A stretch of 64,000 bases of DNA from the human T2T-CHM13v2.0 reference genome, Homo sapiens: the NCBI RefSeq assembly GCF_009914755.1, contig NC_060937.1; one strand, written 5' to 3'. The translations under genes were made by a program, and so were the position numbers. This document shows positions 14,185 to 27,342 of this stretch, one piece after another (position 1 is the stretch's first letter; every line of letters begins with the position of its first letter). The notes beneath the pieces were generated by a model. That model had not been told where the DNA came from. It searched no databases and saw nothing but the letters and a program-made list of their open reading frames with translations.

Positions 14185-15480
14185 TTTTACATTTTCAGTG
14201 GAAAACTTCAAACATATTTAATAGACAGCACAATCTACTAAATATTTTTAGTAGACTATGTCATGAACAGTGTAATGAATCTGTCTGTACCCATATCACA
14301 ACTTTCACAATTGTTAGTTCTAGGACAAATCTTGTTTCATCTATTCAGGCATCAATTCCCCACCCCCCAACCCTCATCCCATATTTTAGAAATTATTTTT
14401 TTTATAATAGTTTTAGATTTGCAGAAAAATTGAGAAGACAGTACAGAGGGTTCTTATATATATCACACCCAATTTCCCCTATTATTACTATCTTACATTA
14501 TTATGATGCATTTGTTACAAATAATAAACCAATATCAATACAATATTATTAACTAAAGTCCATCATTTATTTAGATTTCCTTATTTTTTGCCTAAAGCCC
14601 TTTTTCTGTTTCAGGGTCCTACCTGGAATATCATGTTGTATTTAGTTGTCTTTGGCTGTGACAGTTTTTCTTGCTTTTGAAGACCTTGACAGTTTTGAGG
14701 AGTTCCAGTCAGATATTTTTAGAATACTCTATTAGAATTTGTCTGATTTTTTTTCTCATGACATAAGATTGAGGTTATGGGTTATTCACAGAGGTGAAGT
14801 GCCATTTTCATCACATCACATCACGTCGCACTATCAGCATGATTTATGACTGCTGACGTTCGCCTTGATCACCTGGCTGAAGTAATGTTTGTTAGGTTTT
14901 TCTACAGTAAATCTACCCCACCCTCTAAGGAAGTCACTATAACCAGTCCACACTTAAGGTATGTTTCTTCTTGAGGGGGTATCTACATAAGATATTTGAA
15001 ATTCTTTTGCATGGATTTGTCTTTTCTTCCCCATTTAATAATTGATTCAATTATAATTTTTTAATTGATACATAATATTTGTACATATTTATGGGATACA
15101 TGTGATATTTTGTTACATGCATAGACTATATAATGATTCATATTATTTTAAAGCAAATTCCAGATGTTATATGTTTTCTGTTATATATATTTCAATGTTT
15201 ATCTCTGAATGATTAGGATTCTATTTTTAACATAATAATGATTCATAATACATCATGTAAAAATTAATAATAATTCCTTGATATATCATCAAATATCCAT
15301 TCTGTGTTCACATTTCTGATTATTTTATAAATAACTTTTAAAAAATGTTTAATTCAAAATTAAGATTTATACATTGTGTTAATCTTATTAACCCTTATTA
15401 ACTCTCTTTTAATCTATAGTTTACTTCCTGGATTTCTCTTTTTTTTTTTCCTGTAATTTACTTTTTGGAAGATCAGTTAC
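14185..15480 (-). mobile_element. Nested old L1 3' ends (L1MC4-like host, L1MC1/2-like insert at about 14390-15050, short L1MA end at about 15055-15135)
   Basis: TTTTAGATTTGCAGAAAAATTGAGAAGACAGTACAGAG; TTTAATTGATACATAATATTTGTACATATTTATGGG; TATTTTAAAGCAAATTCCAGA. Confidence 0.7.
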
Positions 15481-15744
15481 ATGTGAAAAACTTTATTTTT
15501 AAAAACTTTCATTTATTTGTCTGGCCAACAGGTATATTTTTAATTTGGAACATAAAATACATTAAAAAATCAAAGACTCTAATACCCATTAACTCATAAA
15601 ATACTCATTAACTACTTACTGTACATCTACTATGTGCCAAGTGCTGGAAATATAATGATAAATCAGAATTAGAAGAGGAAAAAGAAAACCACAGTTGAGC
15701 TAAATTCACTTATCTTGCTTTGTTTGCCTCAACATAGGTAATGG

Positions 15745-15890
15745 AAGAAAATATTTAATTGGGGTTTGTTTTGTGCCAGAAACAGGTAAATACTATTTTC
15801 TCATTTAGAAGTTGAAGAAGCTGAATTGTAGAGTTTTTACCATAAGATGTCCTAGTGTGACTTGATCTCAGGCAGTGTAGCTCTGAAGTC
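15745..15890 (-). mobile_element. MIR fragment (a short L2 3' end lies at about 15590-15670)
   Basis: TGTGCCAG...CTCATTTAGAAGTTGAAGAAGCTGA; CTACTATGTGCCAAGTGCTGG. Confidence 0.45.
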
Positions 15891-15894
15891 TAAC

Positions 15895-16092
15895 CAGGGC
15901 TTGGCAAACTATTTTTGTAAAGGGCCAGATATTTAATGTTTTATTTGTATACCGCATATGATCTCTGCTGCTGCTGCTTCTCCTCCTTCTTCTTTTATAA
16001 CCCTTAACAAATATAAAATTTAGTTTCAGCTTGCAGGTCATATAAAAACAGACCATAAGGCAAATTTGTCTCACAGCTCATAGCTTTCTAAC
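15895..16092 (-). mobile_element. MER58 (hAT-Charlie)
   Basis: Terminus CAGGGCTTGGCAAACTATTTTTGTAAAGGGCCAGATA. Confidence 0.75.
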
Positions 16093-16603
16093 TAACCATC
16101 ACACTATACTGCCTCTTGGCAACATCGTAATTGTCACACTCAGAATAACCTCAGAAATTATGGCATCTTAAGGGCTTAATTCTTCCTTTGTCATGCGTTG
16201 GATCTACCTCCTCTTGTTTTCAGCATCCATAAAAGTATGCAACAGTAGGTTCAAGTTCCCAGGTAATTTCTCTATCAGATATATCCCCTTAGGGCCTGGG
16301 TAAAGGAATATAAACAGCTCAGAACTCAAAACCTCTAAATATCAAGGAAATCTAAATACAGGGGTAGTTGATCTGAATTATTTCCACGGTACCCAAGAAT
16401 GAGTGGCCTAAATAAGCAGGGGAAGTGAAATATTTCCTCTTCACAAATGAAGAGGGCAACTTTGACTTTTGTGGTCACAACTCCTCTGCAGGGTGGTCTT
16501 TGTTGTTTAGGTGGGAATCCACTCAGCTGTTGGGAGTGTGAAAGAGGCTCGAAGAGATGCTTTCTGATGGTGAAAGACATCCAGAGAAGAACGCTACATC
16601 TGA

Positions 16604-16891
16604 TTTTGTTTTTTGAGACAGAGTCTTACACTGTTGCCCAGGCTGGAGTGGTGCGATCTTGGCTCACTGCAGCCTCCGCCTCCCAGGTTCAAGCAATTCT
16701 CCTGCCTCAGCCTCCTGAGTAGCTGGGGCTACAGGCACCTGCCACCACGCTTGGCTAATTTTTGTGTTTTCAGTAGAGATGAGGTTTTGCCATGTTGGCC
16801 AGGCTGGTCTTGAACTCCTGACCTCAAGTGATCTGCCTGCCTCGGCCTCCCAAAGTTCTGGGATTACAGGCATGAGCCACCGTGCCCAGCC
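16604..16891 (-). mobile_element. AluS (Sx/Sz)
   Basis: Full dimer; TSD CATCTGATTTT on both sides. Confidence 0.95.
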
Positions 16892-17104
16892 CATCTGATT
16901 TTAAAGAAAGACTTTCTTCTGTGAACTGTGAATGAGGAGGGCTAGACACAGTCAAGGGCCTGCTCATGGTCATGGTTCTACCACTGAAGGGCTGTCAGTT
17001 CATGGTTCTTTCTGGTCTATACATCTGAAAAATCATAAGCTAGGCTAGGATCCCATGGTAAAAACTGAGACTCAATGTAACCCCATTGGAGACCTGGTAT
17101 CTCC

Positions 17105-17310
17105 AGCTACATTTATTGGGCATGCAAAGTGCCATAAGCCATGCTAAGCAATTTACACAGTGTTTCACTTGATCCTCTTACCTTAATGTGATTAGCGTCA
17201 TTATGTCCATTTTATATATGAGGAAATTGAGGTGTTAAAGATTAAACAACTTACTTAAAATCATAGAACTAGTAAGACTGATACTCAAGTCCAGATATGT
17301 CTGATTACAA
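17105..17310 (-). mobile_element. MIR
   Basis: CCATTTTATATATGAGGAAATTGAGG...TTAAACAACTTACTTAAAATCATAGAACTAGTAAG. Confidence 0.75.
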
Positions 17311-18139
17311 AGTTTCAATGGATAATTTTTGAGTATCCAGTGGTGAAACTCCCCATGGATATTCACCCAATCAAAGGAATCAAATACCTTCTAAATACCA
17401 GGCATTGCACTGGGGATATCATGAAGAACAAAACAAAGTCCCCGCCCTTACAGAGGAATGTACCCTCTTCTCCCTTATGGATCACTGACCCCACCTTTCA
17501 TGTATCTTTCTACCTGTGTGTGATAGCATTCATTATACACATGGTCCATACTCATGTAATTAGATACACACACCTGCTGTCTTCTTTTACATTTTCCACC
17601 AACAGGAGAAACCAAATGTAGAGAGTGATGATAAACACGAATATCTTGACAATGAGTCCACACGTCACCTGAAGAGGACCCTGATTCACATTGACTGACT
17701 GGAACCTCAGTTTCTCTAGCTATAGAGAGGATTAATTACACTTGACAGCTACTGTCAAGCGAAACAGAAAGCTTATACTTAGAAACATCCACAAGGATGA
17801 ATATGTATTAAATATTTTGAAATGTGGATGGATATTATCTATTTGTATATATATATGCATTCTTGCCATTTCTTACTCAATTTATTTCCTATTTTTCATC
17901 TCCATTGATACTAGAATATACTTTTTAAATTTGTAGAATCAGGCCTGTGATTTTACAGTCACAAACATATAAGCAAGCTACAGTTCTTTAAAAATGTGAA
18001 CTACTCAGGTATCAACTTTGATCAGATTCAATTGTTTGATCCAAACTTTGGTAAGGTTCAATCACCTGATCTATTGCAAGGTTTCCAAGTTCATGTGGTC
18101 TTAGAGTTTTACATCATTTAGAAACTCAGAGCGCCAAGT

Positions 18140-18330
18140 AATCAGATAGCCTGTATTTAGCTTGTAGTTCTACCACTTTCAAACAGTGGACTTGGAGAAT
18201 TTGCTTAATCTCAAATCTCAATTTCCTCACTAATAAAATGGGGTAATACTACCTCATAAAGTTGTGAGGAAGATGATAAAAAGTGCTTATTAGTATCTGT
18301 CACACATAAGTGATAAATGTTAGTCATTAT
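18140..18330 (+). mobile_element. MIR
   Basis: CTCAATTTCCTCACTAATAAAATGGGGTAATACTACCTCATAAAGTTGTGAGGA. Confidence 0.75.
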
Positions 18331-18594
18331 TAATATTTAAAATGACATTATTAAAATGTATAACTCATAGTCTAATTTTGAATTGTAATGAACTGATTTT
18401 GATCCTGAATTTTGATCCTCTTGGTCTATTTTTTTTGTTTTATAACTGTTCATTCATTTAAAATAATTTTATTTAGCTTTTTTTCAACCTGTATAATATT
18501 TTCTCTACTGTACTTGTCATGGAAAAAAAGAAGGGAATAAGCTAGTTTCTGCTCTGAGGTAATGATAATTTTGCTGGAAGGTTAGTGTTACAGA

Positions 18595-18755
18595 TTTGTT
18601 CTTCTCAGTCTTTGATATGCAGGAGAGCATGTGAGGATCTTGATAAAATGCAGCCTCTGATTCAGCAGGTCTGGAATGGTGCATGAGAGTCTGGATTTCT
18701 AGCAAGCTCCCAGGTGATGTCAATGCTGCTGGTCCACAGAACACACTTGGAATGG
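18595..18755. mobile_element. MER5 (hAT-Charlie)
   Basis: AAAATGCAG...CTGATTCAGCAGGTCTGG...TTTCTAGCAAGCTCCCAGGTGATG...GCTGCTGGTCCACAGAACACAC. Confidence 0.8.
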
Positions 18756-19884
18756 TATAAACAGCTGTAGGATTTTGAGGACAGAGGTTAATGTTGACTC
18801 TGCCTTTTCCATGATATTAACAAAAGAAAGACACAAACAACATGCACTTTTTTATACATCATTTCATAGGTAGAGGTTCAAAGTTTTTTCACGATAATGA
18901 AAACAATGATATTTTACCAGGAAGAGTGGGGCAATGCTTGCAACTCATTCACAACAATCTTGCAAACTGTAAGGCATAGAGTGGTCATATCTTTGTCCTG
19001 GGCTCTAATTTTTCTGTAAGTTTCTAAATATTCTAATGAATATCTACTAGATTTTTACCATGTACGTCTTCTGCTGTAAGTCACCTCAAATTTTCTTTAC
19101 TTGAAAGAGGTAAAATATGAACAAATGCATTCCATTCTATTGTTTTAGTCAGATAGCACTGATTTAAAACATTGAAGGCTTTAAGTTGAAAGTTAAATTC
19201 AAGTGAAAGAGACCATCATTAAATAATTCTAATGATGTGGCATCTTTTTATCTGTTGAATCAGAAGTTCTTATTTTTTTTGTGGGGGAAAAAAAGCTATG
19301 TGTTAGAGCCATATTTAAAATGCAATCTTCATATATTTTCATTTAGGTACACTGTATTGTAAAGATCAGTTAATAAACTATGATAATGCTTGTTAGAAAT
19401 GACGAGTATTAATAAGAAATGACTAGAACACTGTGTGGAAGATTCTGCTAAGATACATCTTCAGACTCAAGTGCTGGAATGTCAGCAAGCATTGTCAAAA
19501 CATTGCTGAGTTGAAAGAATGATTTTGGTGACTCTCTCTTACTTATTTCACAAATATCTCTCTCCTATTCACTTTTATCTAAAGAGTTGCTATTATTTCT
19601 GCTTTTGTCTGACTTTACTTTCATCTTACATATCAGGGACTGAAACCCTCATTCCTCTAATTGTGTCTGACATGAAGCTGTCAATCTTATCTCCAAGTCT
19701 TTTATTGAAATGTTCCAGATGTGTGGGCAGAATCTAGGATTGTAGGCGCGACTGGCCCCTGATTCTTAAATGGTCAGTGCATCCTCTTTTTCCCTAGCTT
19801 CCAGGGCTGTCCACCAAAGTCATGCATGTAATGATACTTCAAAGCACCTTTTTTAAAATCTAGCCTTTTATTTTCCTTCTTCAG

Positions 19885-19923
19885 AAAATGACTAGCATAG
19901 TGTGTCATTTTCTCTTATTGTCG
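19885..19923 (+). other. Candidate exon (39 bp, KMTSIVCHFLLLS)
   Basis: Acceptor TTTTATTTTCCTTCTTCAG, donor TCG|GTATGC; peptide resembles recalled TPTE RTGTMVCAFLIAS. Confidence 0.25.
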
Positions 19924-20900
19924 GTATGCAAGTCTCCAATTCCCAAGGGAGCACACAGATAGATTTCTCCCAAAGAGTTTTACATTTTCAGCTCACCAGT
20001 CTAAGCTTCTTTGAATTGGGTTTAGAACAAAATTGCAAATATTATTTCCATTTTCACATAGGCCAAAAGTCAAATATAAGTATTCTAAAGGGGAGTGTCA
20101 AAAATCTCCTTGATCAAATGCCCATTCTTTCATTATTTGTAAATGACCTTTAAAACTTTAGATCACCAGAGAGCTCCCTTTTAGGTACAGAGGCACACAT
20201 ATTTTTATTTTACTTTTTTTTTGCAAAAGTTTCCCCCTTTCTGTTCTTTTCCAATGTGGACTCTGGGCAGATGTATAGACCAAATGATTCATTTCCAAAA
20301 TGTCCCACTCCAATTGAACTGTATTCATTTTAGACTCTCAGATCAATGGGGCTTGTCTAACAACTGGATGTACTCAGTGCTCTTCTGTGTTTACTTGTTT
20401 TGTTTTTAATATCATAAGATCAAGACAATATTGCTACTTTCCCACCCCACATTTCCTTTTTGTTTTTATAGCTCCAACGTGTTTTTCCCTAGTGGACATA
20501 ATTAAGTCTAGAGTTTGTTGCTCCAATATCCTTCCTCTACTTCTGAGTGATTAAAAAAATCAGTAAGGTATGCAAAGACATTATTGAACATTCTTCATTT
20601 CACCAAATAATACAAATAACAAAATTTGATTAGTTGTGGCTCCTTAACACTTTTTGCCCGTATTTATACCAGTTTTACATATTTTCCCATTCAACCACTT
20701 ATTTGTCTCTCTCTTTTACTTGACTATATGCACCTGGAGGCATGGACTCCATCTTGACTTTCTCCAGTGAAGACAGGTACTCAGTGGGAGCTTAGTTCAT
20801 TGCCATCAAATGGCTAAAAATATACTCTTACAAAAATCTTTTTATGCCTTAGTTCAAGTTCTAAAATAAAGTAACCGTAGATAATTTTGTTAAATGTTAG

Positions 20901-21634
20901 TGAGACAAGATCTTTGTTGTCCAGGCTGGAGTGCAGTGACACAGTCCTGGCTCACTGCAGCCTTAACCTCCTGGGCCCAGGTGATCCTCTCACCTCAGCC
21001 TCCTGAGTAGCTGGGACTACAGGTAACAGGCATGTGCCATCATTCTTAGCTAACTTAAAAACAACAACAAAAAAAACCCACCTTTTTTTTTTTTTTTGAG
21101 ACAGTGATATGGTTTGGATGTTCATCCCCTCCAAATCTCATATTGAAATTTGATTCCCAGTGTTGGAGTGGGGCCTGGTGGGAGGTGATTGGATCATGAG
21201 GTCAGATCTGTCATGAATGGTTTATCTCCATCTTCTTGGTGATAAGTTCTTGCTCAGTTAGTTCACATGAGATCTGGTTGTTTAAGAGTCTGGGGCCTTC
21301 CCTTTCTCTCTCTTGCTTTTGCTTTTGCCATGTGATGTGCTTGCTCCTGCTTTGCCTTCTGCTATGATGGTAAGCTTCCTGAGGCTTCACCAGGAGGTAA
21401 GCAGATGTTGGTGCCATGCTTGTATAGCCTGTAGAACCGTGAGCCAATCAAACCTGTATTCTTTATAAATTACCCAGTCTCAGGTATTCTTTTATAGTAG
21501 TCCAAAAGTGGACTAATAGAGATGGAGTCTCACTATGTTGCCCAGGCTGGTCTTAAACTCCTGGGCTCAAGCAATCCTCCTGCCTTGGCCTCCTAAACTG
21601 CATGGATTACAGGTGTAAGCCACTTTACCCAGCC
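20901..21634 (-). mobile_element. AluJ split by an MST LTR
   Basis: Right arm and linker at 20901-21104; left arm resumes at 21521 (GATGGAGTCTCACTATGTTGCCCAGG). Confidence 0.9.
21105..21520 (+). mobile_element. MSTB-like MaLR solo LTR
   Basis: TGATATGGTTTGGATGTT...CCCTCCAAATCTCAT...TATAAATTACCCAGTCTCAGGTATT...GGACTAATAGA; 5-bp TSD GACAG/GATGG. Confidence 0.92.
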
Positions 21635-21705
21635 TTATTTTTTTTTTAATTATAACAAGGAATTACATATGCCTGGAGAAGAAGGCAATAGTTAATGTGG
21701 GTAGT

Positions 21706-21830
21706 CAGTGCTTTTCCCACCTTAATGTGAACATGAATATAGACACAGGATAGAGCTTAAGATTCTGCATTTCTAAGAAGAACCCAGGTCATACTGCTAT
21801 TCGTGTTCTAGGGACCACATTTTGAGTGGA
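21706..21830. mobile_element. MER5 fragment
   Basis: GATTCTGCATTTCTAAGAAG...CCCAGGT...GGGACCACATTTTGAGT. Confidence 0.6.
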
Positions 21831-22622
21831 AGACCCAGTGGGGCTAAGGCTTTCTCTGTTTTCAAATCACAACTAATGATTGGCGTTGACTCATAATTAC
21901 TTTTTTATTTTTTCCAACTACTAAGAACTGACATAAAAACATTACACATGACAGAAATACAAAATGTAGGGATCAAAAGTTCCCAATATTCTTTCCTCCT
22001 AAAGATAGCTGCTGTCAAAATTCAGTGTGCAGTCTTCTAAATTATTTTATATTTATATTATATATATATGACTATTTTTCAGAAAACAAACTCATACAAA
22101 ACATTCTGTGGTAGCTTTTTTACTTTCTAGCATATTTGGGGCTTTCATCCTATGTAAGAACCGATAGGCCATTCATTCTATTTAAAAGATAGTTAATACA
22201 TGCCACAGATGTTGTTTAGAAGTCATGTCACTAAGAAGATATTTATGTAAACAAAGCTTTTAAAAATAAAAACAATAGCATTTTTGGCAGGAATCAATGT
22301 TATGTAAATGAATAGTTTAAAACAGGAAGAAGTAAATTTGTCTCTAGATCCCACGATGATGACACTTTTAAAGGAATGAACAGGCAGAGAGTTAAACTAG
22401 ACACTCTGGTTGGGTATAAAGAAGACATGATCATTTCCCTGTAAGAAATGGCAATCTCCCAGCCTTCCCTGGAGGCCTAGTGTGGGTATCTAATGACAGT
22501 GATGAGATAAGGATATAAAGATATAAAGATGCCCTGGGTTAGCCCAAGACACACCACTCAGGGTTGGGACATCAGTGATGCCCTGAGGGCAGATGCCCAC
22601 CCCTCACCCTTTGCCCATACAC

Positions 22623-22845
22623 CAGGGCTGGAGTCACTAGAAGCCTTTGCCTCAGGTGTATGGGGGTGAGTTGCACCAGGCAGCTACATGGCAGCAGCTG
22701 ATTTTTCCTGAGCCTGAAGCAGTGCGACTTCCATGCAGTAGCTATTTTGGATGCTGAGAGCTGCACTACAGCTCCAGCTGAGGGGCCCACATTCCCCTGA
22801 AGGTGAGGTGGGTGGCACATGTGACGGGAGCCCCCGTCACCCCTG
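22623..22845. mobile_element. Possible hAT-type MITE, family unidentified
   Basis: Ends CAGGGCTG / CACCCCTG, flanked by CCATACAC and ACATATAC (6 of 8 match). Confidence 0.3.
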
Positions 22846-24469
22846 ACATATACAGCAATTCTCCACCTAGGAAGAGGGGGTGGGTATTGGAGGAGAGGAG
22901 CTGTTTCTTATAAACAATAGGCAGAATAAATTAAAAATTGCTCTTCAAATAGCTATTTAGGCTGTAGGGACATGTGTGTTGGCTTGAAGCTGTGCCTTCA
23001 GTTCTGCCCCAGGAATTCATAAACGCAAATATCTATGTCCTTTCCCTGTCTTGTACTTAAGAATAAGGATTTCTGGCCAAAAGATTCTCTAAATTCCAGT
23101 CGGAATTGGAAGGTCCAGCCTGAGATCTTAGCAATTCATTTGACTGAGAATCCTTTTCCAATGAAAAGACGCTCTTCCCTCCCTCCCAGTGAGGCTGGAA
23201 ATATGATAGATTCAGTTAATCTTCAACAGGCAATTTCAGACATTTCAGATCTACTTCTGCTGTGTGATTAATTGCTTCAGAGTTTGGCAAGTATTAAGTG
23301 GGAGAGTTCTGTGGGGAGGAAGTCGGAGTGCAGGCTGCAGCTGGCCCGCTGTTTGTTTCTGCTCAGGCTGGGCCTCTGTTCGCCCTCAACAAAGCACAGC
23401 TGGTTTATGTCTGTCACAATCAATGGGATGACATTTCCGAACTGGTAATTACCAAAAGGATTCCTGTTGATGCCTTTTGGAACTGCCAATCTTAAAGGTA
23501 GCTCTTGGCTCCTGCTGGGTACAGTATGCCTACATTTGGCTTTTTATCTCCCTTTTCTTACTTGAACTGAAAGAAAGGTTTGTGTGGAGACTTGTAGCTC
23601 ACTGCCTCGTACCTCTTTTCCTTCCCTTCCCATCTACATGTTAAAGAATATCACAAAGACTGGAAAATCCTCTGCATGCCCTGAATAGCACTGGCTGAGG
23701 AGTCATCTAGAAAAAACACTAATGAAAAACTAATGTGCATTGTAAATGAATGTATTTATATTTTCATGTTCTATGGAGAAAAAAGTACAGGCTATTATTT
23801 TCTAGGGGCTTTGAATTTGCTGGATTCAGCAATCTAGGAAAAATACTCCATGTTGACATATGTATATTTCTTTATATTTTATTACAGTCTTTTAAGCACC
23901 AGGATGGCATTTAATAGACAATTTTTGAAGGAAAATAAATAGTGCTCCAGCCGGATGGTTCTACGGAAGGGGCAAACCAGTAGACATCACAGAGGAAGAT
24001 GTTTATTCCTTTTACTCAACAATGATTTACTGGGGCATGCTATATGCCAGGCATTGTGTAAATGCTGAGAATTAGAACAGTACCAGCTGGAGTCTGGGGT
24101 GAAAGTTGGCATAACACTATTCCAATGGCTTCCTCAAAGAACCTGAGGGACACTCTCAGTCTACCTATAGTTGCCCTAGCAATCCCAGACTTAAGCATAC
24201 ACTAGTTTTTCTCACTCATGTTTTGATGATAAAATGGCCATTGCCTCTGAGCCTTGGAGTCAAAAGAATTAAGACACATTGACGCATGTTAGAAAGTGTG
24301 GGAGCAGGAGTGTCAGCTAAGAAGGACAGGCAAGGAGAAATTCAGGGCAAAGTAGAGATTTAAAATGCTAACAAAAATGAAAAATACATGAGAAAGAAGA
24401 GCAAAGAAGAAAACCAAAGATTACTTCATACCGATTTCTTTAAAAAATGAAGCACTTTGATAAGAGTGT

Positions 24470-24672
24470 CAAGACTGAAAGTAGATGAGTGGTTACCAGG
24501 TGGGTGGTGGAAAATTGGGTTAACTGCTAATGGGTTTAGGGTTTCTTTTTGGGGTAATGAAAACGTTTCAAAATTAGATAGTGGTCACAGTTGTACAACT
24601 CTGTAACCATACTGAAAGCTACTGAATTATACAGTTTAAAGGTAAAGTTTATGTTACATGAATAACTCAAAT
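24470..24672 (+). mobile_element. L1MB/ME 3' end
   Basis: AAAGTAGATGAGTGGTTACCAGG...ACTGCTAATGGG...TTTCTTTTTGGGGTAATGAAAA...TTAGATAGTGGT. Confidence 0.8.
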
Positions 24673-25071
24673 ATTTCTGAAGCCCCCGAAGGGAAGGCAA
24701 CCAGTCTACTAGTTCCAGTTGATGAGTGGAATCTGCCATATTCTCTCTCTCTCCCTCTCTGTTTTCCTTTTGCTGATGTCCTCTGCTCTTGAAATGACTG
24801 GAGGTATCTTTACTGTTAGAAGTGCCTGAGATCCATCATGGAAAGCCCAGCATCCATACTAAAGTGTCACATTCCAATTCTTTCAAAGCCAGTACTCTTA
24901 GAGGGTGCCAGACTGTTGCTAGCTTTCATGTCAATGTAGAGAGAAAGAGTCCTTCCAGTTCTACATGTGGCTGACCCTCGCCAGACTGTAAGTCCTACTG
25001 TTTCTGATTCTTCATCGTGGATGATTATAAATTAAAAGCTTATACTGACATTCTTTTAAAATGCAATTTCT

Positions 25072-25377
<306 letters not shown>

Positions 25378-25629
25378 TGAGTTATTGTGAATTTTCTTTC
25401 ACACCCAGGCTGTGGAGGGGATGGAACAAAGAAATGAGAGGAAAATCCTGTCTTACCTCATGGAACTCTTTCGATACATAGAAAAAGGTATAAGCTTTTC
25501 AAAGATAGGCACTTTGTCTGAGTCCACTGTCTTCTCTAGTGTTAGTAAAATCTTGTGCCAATAAAAACCCATTAGATATATCAGAATGTATTATTTTCAA
25601 TGTTTGTTACAGGAAGAAGGAAGCAAACT

Positions 25630-25835
25630 AGTATTCATTAAAGGTCTAATATGTGCCAGATACTCTCAATACGCTATTTCATTTAATCTTTACAATGGCC
25701 TACAAAGCCTTACAGAGGAGGTAATCAGATCTAAGAAAAGATAAGCTGTTTTACCAGGTCATACCATGAGTAGGTGATGAAAATCTGGGTTTCACTCCAG
25801 ATCTACTTACTTAGACTCCATTCTCTTTTCTCATG
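25630..25835 (-). mobile_element. MIR
   Basis: ATGTGCCAGATACT...TTCATTTAATCTTTACAA...TTACAGAGGAGG. Confidence 0.65.
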
Positions 25836-26140
25836 CAGCAAGGCTGACTTTTAGGACAAACCTAGAGAAGGTTATTTTAAAGTAGCAGCACCTTGGCCAG
25901 AGAGAAGCCTAGCGATTTATAGTATGCTTGCTTTTTTAGAGAATATATCTGCTGAAAGAATGGGAAAATCATTTGGCCATGGATTAAGTTAATTGAATTT
26001 ATTCTGAGGTTAGAATACATTTAGATCTACCTTTACTGGGGAAAAACAACCATTACTAAGCCTTAGGGGAAATAAAAGGCTTGTTAAAAAATTTGTCACA
26101 CATTTTTGACATCAGATATTTCTTTGAAATTGCATTCAGG

Positions 26141-26434
26141 GGCTGGGTGCAGTAGCTGACGCTATAATCTCAATACTTTGGGAGGCTGAGACAGGAGGAT
26201 TGTTTGAGCCTAGTAGTTTGAGACCAGTCTGGGAAGCAGAAAAAGACACTGTCTCTAAAATAAAAAATAAAAAAAAATTTAGTCAGGCATCGTGGCATGT
26301 GCCTGCTACTTGGTAGGCTGAGGCAGTGTGGCAGGAGGATTGCTTGAGACCAGAAGTTCAAGACTGCAATTAGCTATGATTGTGCCACTGATCTATAGCT
26401 TGGTGATGAAGCAAGATCCTGCCTTAAAAAAAAA
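26141..26434 (+). mobile_element. AluJ
   Basis: J-type motifs GGAGGATTGTTTGAGCC and GGAGGATTGCTTGAG...CTATGATTGTGCCACTG. Confidence 0.88.
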
Positions 26435-27290
26435 TTATACTTAATGCAAACAAGCAATAAATTACATATATCTTAAAATATGGGTTTAAAAACAAAATCA
26501 TTTAATTAACACTTCAGATTGTATTTAACCTACGATCATCATTTTATTTTAGAAGATTTAAAGAGACACCCAAATGTCTGCTTCTTAGACATTTAAATAA
26601 GTAAAGTTGGTTGTTGAGCTTCTTAGGATAGTTTTTCAAGCATTCTTTTGAATCTTTCTCTCTTATGTTCTTTATTGAAGCTAGTTTAACTTTAGCCAAG
26701 TTGTTACTTTCTAGGAGACATCATTTTCTTTCCTGCTGCCACTGCGGATCACTTAGAAAAGTGTTTGAACAAACAGCTGTGTTATCTTTCTAACTGGGCA
26801 TTGAGCGCTCCTGTTGCCTAAGGACCAATCTTTTTAGAATTCATACTCAATAGAGTCTTCATGAGAAACTGAAATGTAGTAAAATAAATCATAAAAAGTC
26901 TGTTTACTCTAGGTCAGATATTGGGAACTAGTGATATGTAGCCATTAAGGTGAGTGGAAGTAAACATCCTAACTATCCGGGATAAAGAAAGTTCACAATA
27001 ATTTTTCTTGCTCCTTATCTCTCTTTCAATGAGGTGTCACCAGATGGCAGACTGTGGCATGCAGCCACTTCCCCTGCTATGTACTCATCGGCAGATCTAT
27101 GTCAGCTTACTTTAAGTCTAGCTTTCCTGTTTAACAGTAATAGAATAACTAGTGATAACTTATTTAATCAATACATTTTCTTTTCCTAATATACTTTAAA
27201 TGTGATAGAAAGTAGCTTTATATAGTATTAACCGATTTGGTTCTGTCTCCCTTCCTTTTCCTGTCTTACTAATAAACCTTTGATCATTAG

Positions 27291-27342
27291 AGTTCTGCGT
27301 ATCTGAAAAAATCATGATACCGAGCGAAAAGAGTTACACAGA
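27291..27342 (+). other. Candidate exon (52 bp, FCVSEKIMIPSEKSYT)
   Basis: Pyrimidine tract, TACTAAT branch-like site, TTAG acceptor, AGA|GTAAGA donor; 3 CpGs; one open frame. Confidence 0.45.

Noticed and set aside
16447-16894. Alu-derived ORFs here and at 7, 4695, 25103, 29591, 35257 and 58476
   Set aside because: Standard Alu translation artefacts.
19745-19845. WPLILKWSVHPLF...GLSTKVMHVMILQS resembling the auxilin/PTEN region before the catalytic loop
   Set aside because: Found only after looking for it; spacing is wrong, it contains a stop and has no fitting splice sites. Likely pattern-matching bias.
20472-20567. Strong acceptor with downstream donors
   Set aside because: Stops in all frames and no motif; such pseudo-exons are common in AT-rich DNA.
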